61,916 nucleotides of DNA from positions 1 through 61,916 of the IMG/VR virus record IMGVR_UViG_3300043639_000021. The stretch is one strand, 5' to 3'. A program made the position numbers and the translations under genes. The notes under the pieces were generated by a model. It had not been told where the DNA came from, searched no databases, and worked only from the letters and a program-made list of their open reading frames with translations. This document shows, in pieces, positions 57,026 to 61,916 of this stretch. This DNA comes from a virus. Taxonomy: Duplodnaviria > Caudoviricetes. Every line of letters starts with the position of its first letter. Within the stretch, counting starts at the first letter, position 1.

Positions 57026-57421
57026 TCAGATTTCCTCGGGCAGTTCCTCCAGCGCCTCCGCCACCGGCTCGATGTCAATGGCGATCTCCTCGATCTCGGG
57101 CACGTCCAGATCATCGAAGCTGGTGTGCTCGTACTGCTCGATGAACTCGTTCACCTCCTGCCCCTTCTCGCCCTCCTGCCACTTCTCGGACTTGTCATCG
57201 AACTGCCCTCGGAAGTCGGTGGCGATATCCTCGACCAGTTCCCGCGCCTCCCCGAGCACCTCGTTGTACCGCTCGACCTCCACCACCACCGTGGCGAGTG
57301 CCGCCGCAATCGTCTCGTTCGCCGTGGCCTGCGTGGCCTCGACCGCCGTCGCCTGATCCACGAGCTTCTGCACCAGTGCCTTGATCTGGGCGCTCTGTTC
57401 CTTCGTCACCTTAAATGCCAT
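57026..57421 (-). CDS. Highly acidic helical protein
   Basis: 131 aa, E/D-rich, SEKWQEGEKGQ; GGAGG RBS. Confidence 0.65.
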   Translation of the reverse strand: MAFKVTKEQSAQIKALVQKLVDQATAVEATQATANETIAAALATVVVEVERYNEVLGEARELVEDIATDFRGQFDDKSEKWQEGEKGQEVNEFIEQYEHTSFDDLDVPEIEEIAIDIEPVAEALEELPEEI

Positions 57422-57449
57422 ACGTGACTACCCTCCTTGGCAGTGCTAC

Positions 57450-57587
57450 CAGTCTCTCACACAAATGTGCCATGTGTCAATCTTCCCAGCCTTGGGCGCG
57501 TGCCCGCTCGTAGTCGGCAGTCTCTCACACAAATGTGCCATGTGTCAATCTTCCCAGCCTTGGGCGCGTGCCCGCTCGTAGTCGGCA
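57450..57587. repeat. Exact 68-bp tandem duplication containing a promoter
   Basis: Unit cagtctctcacacaaatgtgccatgtgtcaatc...gtagtcgg starts at 57450 and 57518; each copy has minus-strand TTGACA-18-GAGACT. Confidence 0.9.
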
Positions 57588-57817
57588 TTCTCGTCCTCGT
57601 ACTTCGCCCGCTCCCGGCACGTGCGGCACCACACTTCCTCGTCGTACTCCGCCGGAGAGGAAAACGTGGCCTTGGCCGTCTCCACGGTGATCGTCTCCGT
57701 CACACCGGCTGGCACGATCTGCCAGCACCGGTCACACAGCACCGGGGTGATGTCGAGGATCTCGTCGTTCTCGTCGTGGGTCAGCGGTGTCGTCATGTGC
57801 CCTCCTTGGCTACACAC
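57545..57817 (-). CDS. Small acidic CxxC-CxxC protein
   Basis: CDRC...CRTC; promoter TTGACA-17-TAAGCT at 57820-57848. Confidence 0.55.
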   Translation of the reverse strand: MCSQGGHMTTPLTHDENDEILDITPVLCDRCWQIVPAGVTETITVETAKATFSSPAEYDEEVWCRTCRERAKYEDENADYERARAQGWED

Positions 57818-57970
57818 TGAGCTTACTACCCTACCTGTGGTTTGTCAAGAGCTATTCGCGGGTGGCCCGCTGTTCACGCAACCACGCCTCGGACATGACG
57901 GTAGGGGGAGCGCCTCTCCGCGCCACCCCCCACACCACCACGCCTGCCAGCACCAGCAACAGCGTAGCGA

Positions 57971-60772
57971 TCATCGCATCCCGTGGATGATGTAGGCCAC
58001 CATGGCGTCTTGACCACCACCGGGGAGATCGAGCACATCCCCGGCGTTGAACGAACGGTTGGTGACACCGGGGACCGGCTGTCTGGTCAGCGGGTTGTAG
58101 GCCGTGACGTTGTAGAGGTTGTAGCTGGCCCTGAGCGCCACGTGGCCTCGGACGCCGCACGGCATCTGGATCACCCGGCCATCGCCTGCAAGGGCGCTGT
58201 ACGCCTTGTTGACCCCATCCCCGTGGTCCCCCTCCCAGTAGCCGTGCGGCTGGAAGGGAGCCACCGGGTTGGGCGGCGTCCACTGGGTGTTGGCGACTTG
58301 CCAGTTCTCCACGCCCTCGGGCAGCAGTTCATCGATCCCTCTGACCGCATCCACGATGGCGTCGATGTTCGAAATCTCCCAGAAGTTGGCTGGCCGTGGC
58401 CCTGCGGTGGGGTGCGCCTTGCCATCGCCGTAGACCCCTGTGCCCGTGTGGAGCACCCAACCTGCACCGGAGCACATGACGCCCACCGCCCGCATCATCG
58501 CCAACTGGAGGGGATTGTCGTTCGTCCTGACGCTACTGGCGGGGCCAGCCGGTTCGTTGTCCCAGACCACGAAGGGCTTGTAGTCCTTGAAGTCGTAGCC
58601 TTGGCGCACCTGACGCCACTTGTAGTCGCCGTCTCCCCTATCGGGGTGGGCGGTGAAGCCTTGCAGGCCGCTCGACCGGGCGGCGGCGAGAAGATCCTCG
58701 GTGTTGCCGGGTGACGACAGGCACACGATGTTCGGGCAGCGGGCCTTGACCTCTGCGGCCATACGCCTCATCGTCTCGATGCTTGGCCCTCCGAGATCCG
58801 CCTCATTGGCCATCTCGAAATCCATGACCATGTGCTGCTGCCCATGCTGTGCAATTGATTGCGAGACTTCCCGAGCCAACCAGATGGGATCCGTGGACGT
58901 GCCCTTGCCGATGAGCGTCAACTCGACACGCATCCCGGCGGCGTAGATGGCATCGACCACTTCGCGGAGCACCGTGCTCCAGTCGTTCCACTGGGGCTTG
59001 GTGGGATCGATGTCTCGACCATCCCAACCCACCTCGGTCAGGATCCGGAGATAGTCGAAGCCCTTCTCTGCGGCCCAGCGCAGGTTGGCAAGGAAGTGCT
59101 CCCGTTCGGACTTCCAGCCCTGCATGGCCCAGAAGAACGTCAGGCCCAGTGGGTGGAAGAGCCCGCCCTCGTCCTGTACGGCTCGACCAGCGGGGATCAC
59201 GATGCCCGTGCGGGCCACGCCTCCACCGGTCGTGGGCGCAGTCTTGGTGAACGTCTCCCACTCCCCGGCGGCGTCTCGATTGGCGAACACGTCATGGCTC
59301 AGACGTTCAGCGGCCACGAACTTTCCGTTCCGCACCGACTTGAGGTGGATCTGGTTGGCCTCGCCTTCGGTGACGACGTACTCCTCCCACGCGGACCCGA
59401 TGCCCGGTCGGTCGGCCTTGAGCCGGGTGTCGTCCTCGACGGCGGTGTAGCCCTCGTTCATCACCATGCCCACCGCACCCTCTTCGCTGGGCACGAACTT
59501 CACGAGTGCCCTGCGGCCCTCGCCGTGGCGCACGAATGCCTCCCCGTCGAGGCTCAGATACGTGCCGTGGAAGGTCTTGAGCCAGAACTCATCGCCCACA
59601 GGACCGGGATCAGGTCCGGGGCCGGGATCAGGACCGGGTCCGGGTCCGGGGTCTGGGGGGCCAATCACCGGAGGACACGGCTTGATGGGGCGGGGCATGC
59701 CTGTGGAGGCGGTGCCCTTCGCGTTGGTGATCTCCGCGTACATGCTGCCGTCGCGGATATGCACCCGCGCCTTGTAGCCATGCTGCGGGTTGTTCGTATC
59801 CTCGAAAATGAACTCCCGGCCATCGAGTAGCTCGTTGAGGGTCCACTTCTGCACGTTGACAATGGGCTCTTTCACAGGCGGATCCTCCGGGTCAGGGCCG
59901 GGACCGGGTCCGGGGCCGGGATCAACGGGAAGGGGCGGAGTACGAATGTCTGCACGAGGCGCAGGACGCCAGAGGTTATCGCCCCATGGATCCCGTACGA
60001 AGTTGCGGGTCACGTCGTAGTCGCGGACCCACACATCACCGGGTTGCTCACCCTCCCCTCGGGCCATGGCCAGCCGGATGATGTCCGGGGAGAGCGCCCG
60101 CAGGGTGTGCCATGCGTTACCTGTGGTGACCACGTAGCCCACGAAGGACTCAAAGGGGTGGAACACCAGCCCGTAGGTGCCGTTGTAGTAGGCTCCCCAC
60201 CATGTGCCTCCGGCATGGGCGGCTTCGAAGCGCCACACACCACCCTCGGGCGCGTAGTGCGGCTGGGGGATATCGTTGACGGCCACCACCTGACCAGCGT
60301 AGGTCGTCATCATCGCCCGCCGACCACCCAGTAGCTGCACCCACTGTGGAGAGCCACCCGTCAACTGCCAGTCCTCGCCGTTCAACTCACGGACGTGGGT
60401 GGGACCGTTGCTCTGGTAGTCAGGCTTGTAACAGATGGCCGCGAGTGGACCCATGGCCAGTAGACCGGCATCCGGCAGGCGAAGCCCTGTGGTGGAGTGG
60501 AGCCCTCGGTCAGGGTAGCTCGTGGCTTGGAACCACGTCAGATGACCGCCGCCCGCGTAGCCCTGATTGCCGAAGGCATCCCCGACGCTCACGCTCACTC
60601 CAGTCGTGATGTCGTGCATGCGAGGGAGCCCATCCGGGCCTGCCAGATAGCCGACGCGATCCTCGTCTACCCAGCCACACACGGCTCCTGCTGAAAAGGG
60701 CACGTTGTTGACGGACGCTTGTCCACCACCGACTCCGTGACAGACATCACCTCGACCGTTCAGATAGGGCAT
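57971..60772 (-). CDS. Multidomain protein: beta-rich N-terminus, PGPGPD linkers, fascin-like beta-trefoil, GH-A-like glycoside hydrolase barrel
   Basis: Likely ATG 60772. IHLKSVRNGKFVAAE...ANRDAAGEWETF (fascin-like); GFDYLRIL, FEMANE and WDNEP (clan GH-A-like). Confidence 0.7.
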   Translation of the reverse strand: MPYLNGRGDVCHGVGGGQASVNNVPFSAGAVCGWVDEDRVGYLAGPDGLPRMHDITTGVSVSVGDAFGNQGYAGGGHLTWFQATSYPDRGLHSTTGLRLPDAGLLAMGPLAAICYKPDYQSNGPTHVRELNGEDWQLTGGSPQWVQLLGGRRAMMTTYAGQVVAVNDIPQPHYAPEGGVWRFEAAHAGGTWWGAYYNGTYGLVFHPFESFVGYVVTTGNAWHTLRALSPDIIRLAMARGEGEQPGDVWVRDYDVTRNFVRDPWGDNLWRPAPRADIRTPPLPVDPGPGPGPGPDPEDPPVKEPIVNVQKWTLNELLDGREFIFEDTNNPQHGYKARVHIRDGSMYAEITNAKGTASTGMPRPIKPCPPVIGPPDPGPGPGPDPGPGPDPGPVGDEFWLKTFHGTYLSLDGEAFVRHGEGRRALVKFVPSEEGAVGMVMNEGYTAVEDDTRLKADRPGIGSAWEEYVVTEGEANQIHLKSVRNGKFVAAERLSHDVFANRDAAGEWETFTKTAPTTGGGVARTGIVIPAGRAVQDEGGLFHPLGLTFFWAMQGWKSEREHFLANLRWAAEKGFDYLRILTEVGWDGRDIDPTKPQWNDWSTVLREVVDAIYAAGMRVELTLIGKGTSTDPIWLAREVSQSIAQHGQQHMVMDFEMANEADLGGPSIETMRRMAAEVKARCPNIVCLSSPGNTEDLLAAARSSGLQGFTAHPDRGDGDYKWRQVRQGYDFKDYKPFVVWDNEPAGPASSVRTNDNPLQLAMMRAVGVMCSGAGWVLHTGTGVYGDGKAHPTAGPRPANFWEISNIDAIVDAVRGIDELLPEGVENWQVANTQWTPPNPVAPFQPHGYWEGDHGDGVNKAYSALAGDGRVIQMPCGVRGHVALRASYNLYNVTAYNPLTRQPVPGVTNRSFNAGDVLDLPGGGQDAMVAYIIHGMR

Positions 60773-61142
60773 GGCACTCCGTTGGGAAAATCTGATCCTA
60801 CTGCACTGGTGCAACTGAGTGCAAGGGGCACAACCAGTATCGTTCACCGGCAAGTATGATCTCGGTCCACCCACGTGCCAGCACCACCTTGCGGGGTGCG
60901 AAGATCTCTCGGGTGCAATGCAGACACTGCACAGTAATGAGCCTCAGCATAGAAAACGATAGGCACAATAGATCACGCCCATGACGCCGATGACGCCAAT
61001 GACCACAGAAGAAATCAAGAGTGGCACCGCGCCGTCGCCAAGTGATAAGTCAGGTTCGTATTCATGATACGGGAGACTCAATCGGCATCCACTCCTTGCC
61101 CCGGTGAAAGAAGGGAGCGTGGTTGCCCACGCCCCCTGCACC

Positions 61143-61448
61143 TCAGTGCGTCACCGCGAACAGCGGACCCAACTCGGCGTCCACGTAGTCCCTCGACGGC
61201 TCACGGCCACAGGCCATCCCGTCGAAATACCCGCCGTTGTAGGTGATGCCACGTTTGGTGACCCAGTCACCATACGCCTTGGCCTCAGCCTCCGTCGCGA
61301 AGAACACAATCCCAAAGCAGATCCGGCTGTCGTACTTCACCGCTGTCTTGGTGAAGTCGAACAACGCCGGAGCCACCACCTTCTTGGCCATGCTGACTCC
61401 TGTCTGAGAGGTACACTCCATTGCGGCCTCTCTCAACGCTGGATCCAT
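61143..61448 (-). CDS. Hypothetical protein
   Basis: First gene of the leftward arm; YNGGYFDGMACGR. Confidence 0.55.
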   Translation of the reverse strand: MDPALREAAMECTSQTGVSMAKKVVAPALFDFTKTAVKYDSRICFGIVFFATEAEAKAYGDWVTKRGITYNGGYFDGMACGREPSRDYVDAELGPLFAVTH

Positions 61449-61542
61449 TGTCTCATACCTCGATAGGGTTTGTCAACAACTATTTTTCCCAAGGAAATTG
61501 ATTGCATTTGACAAACGAGGAATTGTGTGAGACAATGGATCT
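61441..61542. promoter_or_regulatory. Symmetric divergent promoter pair
   Basis: Minus: TTGACAAAC...TGAGACAATGGATC (61476 leftward). Plus: TTGACAAAC...TGAGACAATGGATC (61508 rightward). Degenerate palindrome at 61493-61506 lies between them. Confidence 0.75.
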
Positions 61543-61565
61543 AGGTTCAAGGAGGAACCCACAGC

Positions 61566-61751
61566 ATGACGTATCTCGTAGAAGTCTGGAGCGACGGCAC
61601 GAACGGCACCGACTACCGATGGGAGTTGGAGCAGGCCACGCAAGATCTAGAAGACGCCCGCAAGACATTCACCCGGTTCCGCGAGATGGGACGGCGCGTG
61701 CGTCTGACGCAAGTCCTCGACATGGCCTTTGAACCCGCGAAGGGAGTCTGA
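61566..61751 (+). CDS. Small hypothetical protein
   Basis: AGGAGG RBS; first gene of the rightward arm. Confidence 0.55.
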   Translation: MTYLVEVWSDGTNGTDYRWELEQATQDLEDARKTFTRFREMGRRVRLTQVLDMAFEPAKGV

Positions 61752-61916
61752 ATGGCATTGAAGTTCGTGAAGGCGGCACCCAAGGCCACACCCAAGCGTG
61801 TGGTGAAGCGTGGTCTGTTGGCTGCGGCCCGCACACCAGCCAAGAAGGTGGTAGTACAGGAGTATGCGGCCATCGACCAGTTCGGGGAGTTACCGGCGCG
61901 GAAGAAGGCGGCGGCG
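61752..61916 (+). CDS. Lys/Ala-rich protein, truncated by the window edge
   Basis: MALKFVKAAPKATPKRVVKR... after GGAG; open to the end. Confidence 0.5.
   Translation, partial: MALKFVKAAPKATPKRVVKRGLLAAARTPAKKVVVQEYAAIDQFGELPARKKAAA

Larger units (their letters stand above)
1743..61506. promoter_or_regulatory. Dispersed 14-bp palindrome TGCAMTYRAKTGCA (putative operator), about 20 copies
   Basis: Exact matches start at 6314, 10826, 21401, 30347, 33736, 35758, 45527, 48149, 51061, 54985. One mismatch: 1743, 12842, 17004, 18437, 25050, 38614, 58850, 60810. Two mismatches: 50552, 61493. Confidence 0.85.

Noticed and set aside
178-60694. Many long plus-strand ORFs (e.g. 845..1813, 25140..26366, 30549..32327, 33023..34342)
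   Set aside because: Antisense shadows of GC-rich minus-strand genes, with no motifs. Only the HNH gene and the ORFs after 61566 are credible on the plus strand.
1743-61506. Palindrome or tag repeats as a CRISPR array or integron attC sites
   Set aside because: Spacing is irregular and kilobase-scale, the tag is conserved at protein rather than DNA level, and no cas, integrase or long attC-like hairpins were seen.
1-61916. tRNA/rRNA genes and stop-codon reassignment
   Set aside because: No cloverleaf or rRNA signature was noticed by eye (a tRNA scan is still advisable), and conserved genes are full length in the standard code.

Overview
This window is part of a large GC-rich tailed dsDNA phage (or prophage) genome, encoded almost entirely on the minus strand. 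In transcription order (right to left): a divergent promoter pair at ~61.5 kb; early/accessory genes behind many TTGACA-17-TAnnnT promoters (fascin-like + glycoside-hydrolase-like protein, HTH regulator, SLOG, HAD, P-loop kinase, RapZ-CTD-like, DUF6011); an antisense HNH gene; a tail-fibre block (36.7-44.2 kb); a truncated-PPDK / CsrA-like / two-phosphatase / L7-L12-CTD cluster (28.9-34.9 kb); a family A DNA polymerase; and a PBSX-like head module (portal, MuF, XkdF-like protease, scaffold, major capsid protein cut by the left edge). The main discovery is between portal and protease (~2.5-19.5 kb): an array of unrelated enzyme domains (about six ADP-ribosyltransferase folds, PI3/4-kinase-like kinase, JAB and zincin peptidases, 2H phosphoesterase, CxxC-less TrxB, two ParB/Srx-like domains), nearly all preceded by one peptide tag, (Y-x-x-[VIL]-L)-K-[FWY]-[DN]-x2-4-[HQE]-P-R-x3-8-G-[RQK]-[FW]. 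I count 17 copies, two at a separate locus near 35-36.7 kb. Much of the array appears to sit inside a split MuF gene. I infer a tag-directed, protease-matured, capsid-packaged effector arsenal. Separately, a 14-bp palindrome TGCAMTYRAKTGCA recurs about 20 times genome-wide, overlaps promoters and lies just 5' of six tags. All calls are by-eye motif recognition. No database searches were run, and counts are manual lower bounds.
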